Shown here one piece after another: positions 21,149-30,911 of a stretch of DNA of 32,000 nt. Position 1 is the first letter of the stretch. The number at the start of each line of letters is the position of its first letter. The position numbers and the translations under genes are program-made. Location: contig NZ_CP046578.1 in NCBI RefSeq assembly GCF_013365455.1, positions 30,001-62,000 on the forward strand. The letters run 5' to 3'. Origin of the DNA: Wolbachia endosymbiont of Dirofilaria (Dirofilaria) immitis. Lineage in GTDB: Bacteria > Pseudomonadota > Alphaproteobacteria > Rickettsiales > Anaplasmataceae. The notes beneath the pieces are model-generated. The model searched no databases and was not told where the DNA came from. It saw only the letters and a list, made by a program, of their open reading frames with translations.

Positions 21149-21454
21149 TTTGTTTTTTTACTGAGATTGTTTATAACTAAAATGTATAAACGTAAAACAC
21201 TCTTATTTTACAGAGTAGTTACTTTCTATGAGTTTTCTGTCTTGTACCCTAAAAATGCATAATGAAGTTCAGTGAAACTAAACTTTGCTTTTCGGCAAGC
21301 TTACTGCATATTAAAAGGTATGTGAAAAGCTTTTTTTAATTAACTACAAACTAGGTAAACTGGAGAATAAATTTTGTTTACTTTTATAATATCTTAAGAT
21401 CTAATGTCACTTTATCAGTCAAAAATATCAAGAAGGATTGTAATTTAGGCTAAT

Positions 21455-22384
21455 ATGTTTTTTACCCTTTTTCTTAAAATATTGCCTATTTATATTACAA
21501 TACTTATTGGTTATTTAGCAGGAAAGTACCTTAAGATTGATAAAAATACTATATCTCAAATACTTTTTTATATAGCTAATCCAATAGTGATTCTATATGG
21601 AGTGTCTCATGCAGAGGTTAATTTAAAGGTAATTTCTTTACCGGTTTTAATATGGTTTATAGGAAGTACTATGTCCTTATCAGTTTATTATCTTTCTTCT
21701 TTTCTATTTAAAGATAATACGAAAAATATATTGGCATTTAGCTCAGGTAGTACAAGCATGGGTTATTTTGGCTTGCCGATTGCTATGACTTTGTTTGATG
21801 AAGATTCAGTGTCTGTATATGTTGTCTGTTATATAGGAATGGCGCTGTTTGAAAATAGTTTAGGGTTTTATATAGCTGCAAATGGTATATACACTGCAAA
21901 AGAATGCATGTTAAGATTGTTCAGGCTTCCTTCATCCTATGCGATGATTCTAGGCTTTTTTTTAAGTATATATAATGTACAAATACCAACTTTTTTGACA
22001 GATGTTATGATGAATATTAGAAGTACATTTATTACATTAGGAATGGTGCTGCTTGGAGTGAGTATTGTACAAATAACAAATTTTAAAATAGATTGGAAGC
22101 TCGCTTTAACTACTATTACAGCAAAGTATGTGTTCTGGCCATTGTTTGTTTTAGGGATTGTTCTGATAGACAAACATATTATAGGCATATATGATGAGAG
22201 TATATATAAGGCACTGATGTTGTTAGCTATTATTCCAGTCTCCGGATCTAGTGTAATACTCGCTAATATTTTAAATTATCAACCAGATAGAGCTACTTTG
22301 TTACTTCTTATAAGTACTGCAGTAGGACTATTTTATGTTCCAATAATGATATCATTATTTTTTGCTAAACTTATTCCTTTTTGA
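21455..22384 (+). CDS. AEC (auxin efflux carrier) family transporter
   Basis: 309 aa multi-TM ORF. The N-term ILPIYITILIGYLAGKYLKID and the C-terminal AIIPVSGSSVILANILNYQPDRATLLLLISTAVGLFYVPI are typical of the family. Confidence 0.85.
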   Translation: MFFTLFLKILPIYITILIGYLAGKYLKIDKNTISQILFYIANPIVILYGVSHAEVNLKVISLPVLIWFIGSTMSLSVYYLSSFLFKDNTKNILAFSSGSTSMGYFGLPIAMTLFDEDSVSVYVVCYIGMALFENSLGFYIAANGIYTAKECMLRLFRLPSSYAMILGFFLSIYNVQIPTFLTDVMMNIRSTFITLGMVLLGVSIVQITNFKIDWKLALTTITAKYVFWPLFVLGIVLIDKHIIGIYDESIYKALMLLAIIPVSGSSVILANILNYQPDRATLLLLISTAVGLFYVPIMISLFFAKLIPF

Positions 22385-22442
22385 TCAGAGATTTGAGCAA
22401 TTATAGTGTTATGTAACTGGCTACTTACTGAATGATCTTATG

Positions 22443-23924
22443 TTAAACTAAGCTACGTAGCTCAATTATTCTACCACAATTTTGTTCGATTACATTTGCT
22501 ATGTTCAATATTCCAGCTTCATCGTAATAATTTCCAATTACTTGTAAAGCAAGTGGCAATCCTTCATTGGAAAGTCCAACAGGAATAGAAATAGCAGGTA
22601 GGCCAGCTAAACTTGCTGGTACAGTAAAAACGTCATTGATGCACATAATTAGTGGATCTGGCTCTTCATTCAAGCCAAAAGCTTCTGTTGGAGCGGATGG
22701 AACAAGTATGTAATCTACTTTCTCGAATGCTTTTATGAAGTCATTTCTGATTAATGCTCTGATACATTGCGCTTTTTCGTAATATTCATTGTAGTGACCT
22801 GAGGAAAGTGCATAAGCCCCGATTAAGACTCTTCTTTTTACTTCTTTCCCAAAACCTTTTGCCCTTGTTAGTGAGTACATTTCTTCAAGGGTATCAGCAT
22901 CATTCCTGAATCCATAACGCACGCCGTCATAACGAGCGAGATTAGATGAAGCTTCAGCAGAGCAAATTAAATAATAGACTGGTATTGCATATTTAGTATG
23001 TGGCAAGGCAATATCAATGACTTCAGCACCGCTTTCTTTTAAGTTAGAAGAAACTTTTTCCCAATAATGGACAATTTCTTCTGAGATACCGTCCATCTTG
23101 TACTCTTTTGGTATGCCGATACGCTTACCCTTTATATTATAACTTATAAGGCTAGAAAACTTGGGTACTAGCCTTTTGCTTGATGTTGAATCTTTGTTAT
23201 CATAGCCACAAATTGTTTCCAGCATTAATGCTGAATCAGATACAGAACGGGTAATGACTCCTGCTTGATCTAAAGAGCTTGCAAATGCGATCATGCCAAA
23301 ACGTGAACACCTTCCATAGGTTGGCTTTATTCCAACTACTCCACAGTAGGCTGCTGGTTGGCGTACAGATCCACCTGTGTCGCTTCCAAGCGCTCCAGCA
23401 CATAAGAATCCGGCAACTGCTGACGCAGATCCACCAGATGATCCACCAGGTACAACCTTTTCTCCATCACTTTTTCTAGTCCAAACATTTTCAACTGGAC
23501 CAAACCAGCTATTTGTATTTGCGGAGCCCATGGCAAATTCATCCATATTAAGCTTGCCGAGTATAGCTGCTCCGCTTTTTAAAAGTAATTCAGATACTGT
23601 GGATTCGTAGGTAGGAATAAAATTTTCTAGCATTTTTGAACATGCTGTTGTTTTTATTCCTTTCGTACAGAATAAATCTTTAATACCAACTGGTATGCCC
23701 ATGAGTGGTGGGGCTGTATTATCTTTCTGTTTTGAAAGATGTTCATCTGCTGCTTTGGCGGCTCTTATTGCTATTTCTGGAGTTTTTGTTACAAATGCAT
23801 TTAGTTTCTCATCTTCAACTGCGTTGATATGCACCTCTGCAAGTTCGATAGCGGAAAAATCTTTTCGATTAAGTCCATCACGCATCTCTGTAATGCTTAG
23901 CTTCCTTAATTCATCCATTAACAT
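22443..23924 (-). CDS. gatA: Aspartyl/glutamyl-tRNA(Asn/Gln) amidotransferase subunit A
   Basis: 493 aa ORF with PLMGIPVGIKDLFCTKG (catalytic Lys), the amidase signature VPGGSSGGSASAVAGFLCAGALGSDTGGSVRQPAAYCGVVGIKPTYG, and SSLDQAGVITRSV. Confidence 0.97.
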   Translation of the reverse strand: MLMDELRKLSITEMRDGLNRKDFSAIELAEVHINAVEDEKLNAFVTKTPEIAIRAAKAADEHLSKQKDNTAPPLMGIPVGIKDLFCTKGIKTTACSKMLENFIPTYESTVSELLLKSGAAILGKLNMDEFAMGSANTNSWFGPVENVWTRKSDGEKVVPGGSSGGSASAVAGFLCAGALGSDTGGSVRQPAAYCGVVGIKPTYGRCSRFGMIAFASSLDQAGVITRSVSDSALMLETICGYDNKDSTSSKRLVPKFSSLISYNIKGKRIGIPKEYKMDGISEEIVHYWEKVSSNLKESGAEVIDIALPHTKYAIPVYYLICSAEASSNLARYDGVRYGFRNDADTLEEMYSLTRAKGFGKEVKRRVLIGAYALSSGHYNEYYEKAQCIRALIRNDFIKAFEKVDYILVPSAPTEAFGLNEEPDPLIMCINDVFTVPASLAGLPAISIPVGLSNEGLPLALQVIGNYYDEAGILNIANVIEQNCGRIIELRSLV

Positions 23925-24435
23925 TTAATTTTGAGCAAGACATTAATTATAACAACAATAGGGTGAATGGTCTATATACTTGTAGTTATAGTTGGGAAAT
24001 GTAACTAAGGTAACTTAAATTGCTGAAAAGGGTTTGTAATTAAGTTGGCAGCATGCTTTTAAAGTATCATCTCAATGCATGTCGTATGAATATTATGATT
24101 TGATAGTTTCACATTAGAACATAGGTTCCAAGCATCTTAGAATTGGAGGTATAGTGCTTATCATTTAAATTTAGGTGGTCATTAGCCATTCTTATTTTAA
24201 TAGAACTAAACCTGCTGGTATGAATAATAAATTACTGTTCTTAAATTTGATTAAGTTAATTATGAAAGAACAGAATTCAATAGGTGTTTATAAACTTTAG
24301 CTATGCATAGCCTTTAACTCTATGACAGATCCAATTTAGTTTATGAAACAATCTACTCTCTGTTTTGCTATAGAATAATTGAATTGACTTTATATAAGTA
24401 ATTAATATAACTTAGTAGATTCGTATATTCGTATT

Positions 24436-24507
24436 GACTCTTTCGTCTAGTGGTTAGGACATCACCCTTTCACGGTGGTAACACGGGTTCGAATCCCGTA
24501 AGAGTCA
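24436..24507 (+). tRNA. tRNA-Glu (anticodon TTC)
   Basis: The sequence is gactctttcgtctagtggttaggacatcaccctttcacggtggtaacacgggttcgaatcccgtaagagtca. Acceptor GACTCTT pairs with AAGAGTC, the T-arm is ACGGG-TTCGAAT-CCCGT, and the anticodon loop is CTTTCAC. CCA is not encoded. Confidence 0.96.
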
Positions 24508-24585
24508 CACTGAACTGCCTGGTATAGTTATCTAGAATCAATAAAGTATCTTATTTTTAGCTTTTTTAGTATTTAGATTGATTGC

Positions 24586-25293
24586 TTAAGTTGAATTAGT
24601 TTTCTTACTATTATTGACTTTTTCTAGCATTAACTCAGCAGCCTTTTGTTCAGCAACCTTTTTGCTAGAAGCGCATGCAGAAACTCTGCCATAATTTTTT
24701 ATATAAACTGATATAGTAAATTCTGGGTTATGTGCTGGTCCAGCCTGTTTTATAAGCTCATACTCTGGTAAGGGTAGTTTATTTTTCTGTGTCCACTCTT
24801 GCAATGAGGTTTTGGGATCTTGAGGAGGGTTGAGCATATATTTAGCTAGCTTCTTCCAGTATTGGGTAACAAATCTTTCGACGTTTCTAAATCCGCCATC
24901 AATGTAAATTGCACCTATTAATGCTTCAAGTGCGTTTTCTAAGTTTTTTAGGTTGCATTTTCCTCCATTGCAGCGCTCACTATTATTCATGATAATAAAA
25001 TCACCTAGTTTTATCACTTTGGCAACATTAGCAATAGTATTGCCACAAACTAAATCAGTTTTTCGTTTCGCTAACTCTCCTTCTTTTTCTTTAGGAAAGA
25101 GTTTAAACAGTATAGTAGATACAACCATGTTTAAAATACTATCACCTAAAAACTCTAATCTTTCATAATTTTCAATTTGATTTTTACTGTTCCGTTTATT
25201 TAAACTTGGATGAGTTAATGCTTCTTCTAGAATAGAGTAATTTTTGAACCTATAATTAATAATCTGGGATATAGTGTCGTTTAAGTTTTGCAT
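24586..25293 (-). CDS. rnc: Ribonuclease III
   Basis: 235 aa ORF with NYERLEFLGDSILNMVVS, ALEALIGAIYIDGG and a C-terminal dsRBD (DPKTSLQEWTQ...GRVSACASSKKVAEQKAAELML). Confidence 0.95.
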   Translation of the reverse strand: MQNLNDTISQIINYRFKNYSILEEALTHPSLNKRNSKNQIENYERLEFLGDSILNMVVSTILFKLFPKEKEGELAKRKTDLVCGNTIANVAKVIKLGDFIIMNNSERCNGGKCNLKNLENALEALIGAIYIDGGFRNVERFVTQYWKKLAKYMLNPPQDPKTSLQEWTQKNKLPLPEYELIKQAGPAHNPEFTISVYIKNYGRVSACASSKKVAEQKAAELMLEKVNNSKKTNST

Positions 25294-25373
25294 GTTTATT
25301 GCTTTAAAAGGAAGTGCCTCCTACTGTATCTTTTATATCAGAAAATTAGTTTTATTCTATTAAAATAAAGTTG

Positions 25374-26420
25374 CTAAAGTTTGCAATCACAACCAACTGC
25401 CTCACTGATGTTACTCAGCCCATCTCTTTTTATTAGCTCTGCAAGCTCTAGATTGATTTTATTCACAATTTGAGGTCCGTGGTATATGAGAGCAGTGTAT
25501 AATTGTACTAGAGATGCTCCTGCCTTTATTTTTTTGTATGCGTCAATACCACTTGAGATTCCTCCGCATCCTATCAACAACATTTTACCTTTAGTAAGTT
25601 TATACATATCACTTAATAACTCAGTTGAAAGCTTGAACAATGGCTTACCGCTCAGTCCACCATTTTTATTGCAATGAGAGTGTAAATTGATTCGACTAGT
25701 TGTAGTGTTACTTACTACCAAGCCATCAATTTTGTATTCTAATGCAAGCTCAGCAATGTTTTCTTTCGTTTGTTGATCTATATCTGGTGAGATTTTTAGC
25801 ATTATGGGGGTAAGTTTAGAACTGCCAATTGATTTTCTGGTTAGAGTTATGGATTTTAGCAGTTCTGATAATTCTTGTTTGTTATGTAAGCTACGTAAAT
25901 TGGGTGTATTTGGGGATGAAATGTTCAGCACTATATAATTGCTTTTTCCATATATTATTCTTATTAAGTCAATATAATCACTGATTTGATTCTGCGATAT
26001 ACTATTTTTTCCTATATTAATACCGAAAATGCAATTATCAGATCTGATTTTATTTATTTGTTTAAGAAAGTAATCTATTCCTTTATTGTTGAATCCTAAT
26101 CTATTGATTATTCCTTCATCTTTGATTAATCGGAAGATTCTTGGTTTTTTGTTTCCAAATTGTGGGTGTCTAGTTACAGTGCCAGCTTCAATAAATCCAA
26201 AACCGAATGAAAGCATGGACCTTATAACTTCCGCATTTTTATCAAAGCCTGCAGCAAGACCTATAGGGCTCCTGAGTTTGTTGTCAAAGAAGTTAACGTT
26301 TAAAGACTTAGGTAGTTGTTCTACAGATTTTCTGCTAGGCATCTTTTTTAAAATTGTAATTGCTAAGGAGTGGGCGATTTCAGGTGGCAGCAATAAAAAC
26401 AATAAGTTACGTAGTATCAT
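25374..26420 (-). CDS. pyrD: Dihydroorotate dehydrogenase (quinone)
   Basis: 348 aa ORF with SPIGLAAGFDKNAE, FGFIEAGTVTRHPQ..GNKKPRIFRL, INIGKN, YIVLNISSPNTPNLR, KISPDID and LIGCGGISSG. Confidence 0.96.
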   Translation of the reverse strand: MILRNLLFLLLPPEIAHSLAITILKKMPSRKSVEQLPKSLNVNFFDNKLRSPIGLAAGFDKNAEVIRSMLSFGFGFIEAGTVTRHPQFGNKKPRIFRLIKDEGIINRLGFNNKGIDYFLKQINKIRSDNCIFGINIGKNSISQNQISDYIDLIRIIYGKSNYIVLNISSPNTPNLRSLHNKQELSELLKSITLTRKSIGSSKLTPIMLKISPDIDQQTKENIAELALEYKIDGLVVSNTTTSRINLHSHCNKNGGLSGKPLFKLSTELLSDMYKLTKGKMLLIGCGGISSGIDAYKKIKAGASLVQLYTALIYHGPQIVNKINLELAELIKRDGLSNISEAVGCDCKL

Positions 26421-26526
26421 TCTGTAAAATGCTCTTAGCTTATTTTTCTACCATAAAATGCTATGGGAGTATAGCAATAACTTTTAAAGAAGATGTTCTT
26501 ATTGATTTTACTTGTAGATAGAAATA

Positions 26527-26730
26527 ATGAGAAGTTTTTTTATGAAGTTTGTTGTCGCTATTATTTTATTCTTGCTTATGTTAGAACTTCTAAATTTAAC
26601 AGAAGCACTGATTGCCCTTTTGGAAGATAGTAGCTTAATATTAAAGAGATTAATGATATTATATTTAAGAGGTGGTCATGGAGGGTTATTTCCTTCAAGC
26701 AGGGGAAATATGTTTTTGGATTGCCAATAG
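26527..26730 (+). CDS. Possible small membrane protein or remnant, hypothetical
   Basis: 67 aa ORF with an N-terminal hydrophobic stretch (FMKFVVAIILFLLMLELL). It lies in a gap between pyrD and the tRNA-Cys/aldolase cluster. I recognise no homology. Confidence 0.25.
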   Translation: MRSFFMKFVVAIILFLLMLELLNLTEALIALLEDSSLILKRLMILYLRGGHGGLFPSSRGNMFLDCQ

Positions 26731-27093
26731 TGTTAATTAGTAAAAGGTCTACATCTAAAGTAGTTTGTTACCGCTTTGCAAAATAGTAAGTGTGCTAAAG
26801 TTATTGGAGTGGAATTATATAAGCTTCTAGACAAACAATTTCTCTGTTAGAATATACTATAATTAATAATAAATAGTTATGTTATCTTTCATTTTGGTAA
26901 GCTTATAGTGGGTATAGTACAAAAATATGGTAGTTACAAACCAAAGAAACTGTGGGCAAGATTTTAAATTTGCTAAAGAAATTGAGGTTTAAAGCTTATA
27001 TATTACCAAGTGCGCTTTTATGCTAAAGTAAGTTACTTGCTAAAAACTGCTGTTAAGATTAAATAATTTTTGTAAGGATATAGAAAATAAGAA

Positions 27094-27165
27094 AGGCCGG
27101 GACCGGAATTGAACCGGTATAAAAGGATTTGCAATCCTCCGCATAAGCCATTCTGCCACCCAGCC
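27094..27165 (-). tRNA. tRNA-Cys (anticodon GCA)
   Basis: The reverse strand reads ggctgggtggcagaatggcttatgcggaggattgcaaatccttttataccggttcaattccggtcccggcct. Acceptor GGCTGGG pairs with CCCGGCC with one G-U, the discriminator is U73, and the T-arm is ACCGG-TTCAATT-CCGGT. Confidence 0.95.
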
Positions 27166-27170
27166 AGTTT

Positions 27171-28067
27171 TTATGCGTAGATATCCATTATATCTTTTAG
27201 CATAGATAAAGCCTCTTCTCTTTTCCTTTGAAAAGAGTTACGACCGATGATTGAACCATTACCGCCACCTTGCTTAATTTCTTTTGCTTCACTACATATA
27301 TCATTTACTGACTTTGTTTCACCACCAGAAAAAACTAATATTCTTTTTCCTGCAAAGCAAGATTTTCTGACGTATTCAATCCTTTTAGATAAGGATTGAA
27401 TATTTTCAGCTTTTATTTTCTCTTTTTCTAAGTGAGTAGTTGGGAGTTTTACTTTTATTATGTTAGCACCGAGCAAAGCTGCTACATGTGCAGCGTAAGA
27501 AATAACATCAACTGCTGTTTCACCTACTTTAGAAATCCCTTCACCGCGTGGATAGGACCATAGTACTACTGCGAGCCCACAAGACTTGGCTTCAGCTATG
27601 ATTTCACAGGCTTCTTCTATCATGTCAAAGCACTTAGCAGAACCAGGATATATAGTGAACCCAACGGCTGTGCAGCCTAAACGTAGCGCATCTTTTACAG
27701 AAGCAGTGATTGCCTGGTCAGAAGATAGGCTTCTAGAATGTAAAGAGTTGGAGCTGTTAAGTTTCAAGATAAGTGGCAGCATTCCAGCATAAGTTGAAAC
27801 ACCAGCCTCGATCATACCAAGTGGAGCAGCGTATGCACTAACTCCTGAATCAACTGCAAGTTGAAAATGATAATGTGGATCATAAGCATCAGGGTTAACT
27901 TCAAAACTTTTTATTGGTCCGTGCTCAAATCCCTGGTCTACAGGGAGAATTACCAATTTGCCAGTTCCACCAAGTTTTCCATGCATGAGAATACGAGCGA
28001 GGTTTGCTTTTACTCCAGGGTTTTCACTTTCGTAGTAACTTAGAATTTGTCTTACTTTATCACTCAT
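27171..28067 (-). CDS. Class I fructose-bisphosphate aldolase (DhnA/FbaB type)
   Basis: 298 aa ORF with KLVILPVDQGFEHGPIKSFEVNPDAYDPHYHFQLAVDSGVSAYAAPLG, LWSYPRGEG, NIIKVKLPT and KRILVFSGGETKS. Confidence 0.93.
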   Translation of the reverse strand: MSDKVRQILSYYESENPGVKANLARILMHGKLGGTGKLVILPVDQGFEHGPIKSFEVNPDAYDPHYHFQLAVDSGVSAYAAPLGMIEAGVSTYAGMLPLILKLNSSNSLHSRSLSSDQAITASVKDALRLGCTAVGFTIYPGSAKCFDMIEEACEIIAEAKSCGLAVVLWSYPRGEGISKVGETAVDVISYAAHVAALLGANIIKVKLPTTHLEKEKIKAENIQSLSKRIEYVRKSCFAGKRILVFSGGETKSVNDICSEAKEIKQGGGNGSIIGRNSFQRKREEALSMLKDIMDIYA

Positions 28068-28633
28068 TGTTACTATAACTTAAGTTAAATTTAAATTATA
28101 ACAAAGGTGAAGCTTAGTACAAGAGCTTAAAACGATATCAAAAGCAATCTTATTCTTTTATTTGCTTATGTAAATTCTTTGAATCCTTAATTTTCTCCTT
28201 TAGTTAATTGATATTGAGTATTTCTTCAGCTAAATAGCTTTTTATTTCTTTTTTACAGCTTTTTATTGATAGTGCTCACATTTCCTTGTGTGTAACCAGT
28301 TGTGAAGCAAATGATGAGAAAAAGCGTCTAGTAAGCATTTGTACTTCCTGTAACGAAGGGCTTTCTTATTAACTACATTACTATATACATTCGATCTGAT
28401 TTTATGGTGTTCTTCTTTGAATTCTTCATTCATTTTAAATAGCTGTTTTTCTGTTTTACTTGGTTTTCTGAACTTCATCGGATTTTATGAAGTTCAGAAA
28501 ATTCTGTTAATTTCTATATATGAGTTTTTTATGTTTATGCCTTAGCTAAACAAATTTACATAAATTATGTTAAGTCAATTTGCTTGTAAAAATCAAGCGA
28601 AAGTTCTTAAAATGGTGCTAAACTTACGCTGCT

Positions 28634-30911
28634 ATGACAAGAACAGTTGACATGTTACTCCCACTTCCACTTGACCAGTTATTTTTGTATGCAATTAAGG
28701 AAAATACTGAAGTTTCAATTAGGAATTATGTAGTGGTGCCATTTGGTAAAAATGTTAATCGGCATAATCTGGAAGTATAGCGATAAAAGCGGTCGGAAAT
28801 TAAAATTTGTTGGGCAGAAGATCGATTTACCACAATATTAGACCAAAGTGTTGATTGCATTTGTAGAGTGGGTTGCACGATATAATTTGATACCTATTGG
28901 TGTGCTTGCCAAGGTGATAATAGGAGGGGTGTTAAAAGTGAACCGAATAGATAAATTTGTTTATACTGAGCAAAAACAGGAAGTAGGTAAGATAAACTGC
29001 CAATTGAGTGCTGAACAGCAAGCAGCTAGTGATAAAATAATAGGAAACTTGAATAGGTATTCAGTAACTTTGCTTGGCGGTGAAACTGAGTCTGGAAAAA
29101 CAGAGGTTTATCTCTCTGTGGTTGCACAATTGATTAAGAATGACAGTAATCTACCTACCATTTCAAGCGCTGCTCAGACTTTACCATCTCAGTGCACAGA
29201 TATTGAAGTTCAGGAAGGAAAATTAATATCAAGTATATAATTATATCAACGTTATAATATAAGGGTGCTTTCTGCTAAAAATGATATTGCTTCAGTGCCT
29301 GAACACTGTGATCCAGGAGACTTCACTACAAATGAGCATACTAGGCAGTTGCATAATAAAGGCTGGGGTTCCAAGTGCTTGGATGTTAGGTGACCAGAGA
29401 GCGTTGAAATTGCCTCGAGAGAAGTTAAAATACGGCAAGTTTTTAGAGCGAGCCTTGAATGCCACTGAGCTAAGTTTCTTGGTACTTGATTGCAGATATG
29501 ATCTACCAATTGTGAAGTTAAAACAATTTCAGGAAGAAGGATTAAAACTTGTGCACACTAGTTGGCTTAATATAGTAAATTGGAATGTGCAGATAATTAT
29601 AGGGGCAAGATCAGTCCTTTTTTACCTTATAAGAACCTAAATTTATTATTGTTGTTATTGTTGATGAAGAGCACGATTCATCTTTTAAACAAGAGCAAGG
29701 GGCTATATAATGCTCAAAATATGGCAGTAGTCTTAGCTAAAATTGAAAATATCTCAATAGTTTTATTGTCAGCAGCTCCGTTTACTTGAAACCATTTATA
29801 ATGTTTAAAATGGCAATTACAATTATGTTAGGTTAGCTCGACGGTTTGGTGGTGCAGAATTGCCACTTATTAGAGTAGTAGGTATGAGAAATAATAAACA
29901 GTGGATCTCTGATGAGTTTTTTAAAGACATAGGACGAACTATAAAAAGAGATCAGCAGGCCATGCTTTTTTTTGAATCGCCGAGGGTATGTGCTCAGCTC
30001 GCAGTTTGTAAAAAATGCAGATATGAAATTTCCTGCTTTGAATTGTGCTGTTTGGCTTACATTTTACAAAAAAAAGAATGTTCTTTTATGTCGTCATTGC
30101 TCTTATCAATTGATGCTTCCAGAAGAATGTCCTAATTGCCTAAAGTGGACAGCCATTGTTTCTTTATGGTATAGGGATTGAAAGATTGCTTGAGAAAATA
30201 GTAAAATTAATACCAAATGCAAGAACTGCGATTGTGAGTAGTGATCAGAAATCAGTGAGTAACATTATTGACTTAATATTGAAGGAGAAAGTGAATGTTA
30301 TAATTGGTACGTAGATGATTGCTAAGAGACACAGTTTTTCTAAATTAACTTTAATTGGGATAATAAATGCAGATTTAGGACTTGAGAATTCTGATTTGAG
30401 GGCAGCAGAAAAAAACTTATCAGTTATTGCATCAAGTTGTAGGAAGGTCTAGAAGGTTTAACAAAAGAGGGAGTTATTTTATGAAATTGAACTTGAGTTG
30501 AGATTAAAAGCTAAAATACCACCTTTTAGAAGGTTAATAGCACTTATAATTTGCGGTAAGAATCAGATTGAAACACAAAAAGCAGCAAGTAGAATAACTA
30601 GCTTTTTGTATAGTCAATGTTTAACTACTGCTTCTTCTTTATTGTCATTCAGTGTATAGTACCAGAATCTAGAAGAAAAGAATTTGAAATTTTTTGTTCC
30701 ATTGCCGGCAGCAATAGATTTCTTAAGTAATAAGTATCGGTATAGGATATTACTGAAGATGTATAATAAACATTGTTTATCGGTACAAAAGAAGCTAAAA
30801 CATTGGATTCAAGAATATAATTTAAATTCGAGCATCACAGTTACAGTAGATGTTAGTCCTGTGAGTTTTTTAACAGATTTATTACAGAATGTTAAGCCTA
30901 AAATTAGATAA
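28634..30911 (+). pseudogene. priA: Decayed primosomal helicase PriA gene, multiple frameshifts and stops
   Basis: Successive PriA blocks appear in order but in different forward frames. N-term: MTRTVDMLLPLPLDQLFLYAIKENTEVSIRNYVVVPFGKNVNRHNLEV*. Walker A region: VTLLGGETESGKTEVYLSVVAQLIK. Box II: VIVDEEHDSSFKQEQGAI*. Then NAQNMAVVLAKIENISIVLLSAAPFT. Zn region: CRHCSYQLMLPEECPNCLK. Then NARTAIVSSDQKSVSNIIDLILKEKVNVIIGT*MIAKRHSFSKLTLIGIINADLGLENSDLRAAEK. C-term: VPLPAAIDFLSNKYRYRILLKMYNKH. Confidence 0.93.

Noticed and set aside
23279-23928. Plus-strand ORFs of 66-77 aa antisense to gatA (23279-23479, 23377-23610, 23695-23928), plus the minus-strand ORF 23336-23542
   Set aside because: They lie within the clearly coding gatA region. 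Their sequences are explained by shadow frames of a conserved gene.
28848-30911. Separate small proteins annotated from the individual open segments (28848-29240, 29860-30135, 30684-30911 and others)
   Set aside because: Each segment matches a different portion of PriA in order, so they are pieces of one pseudogene rather than independent genes. Programmed frameshifting was also considered, but there are far too many frame changes and stops.
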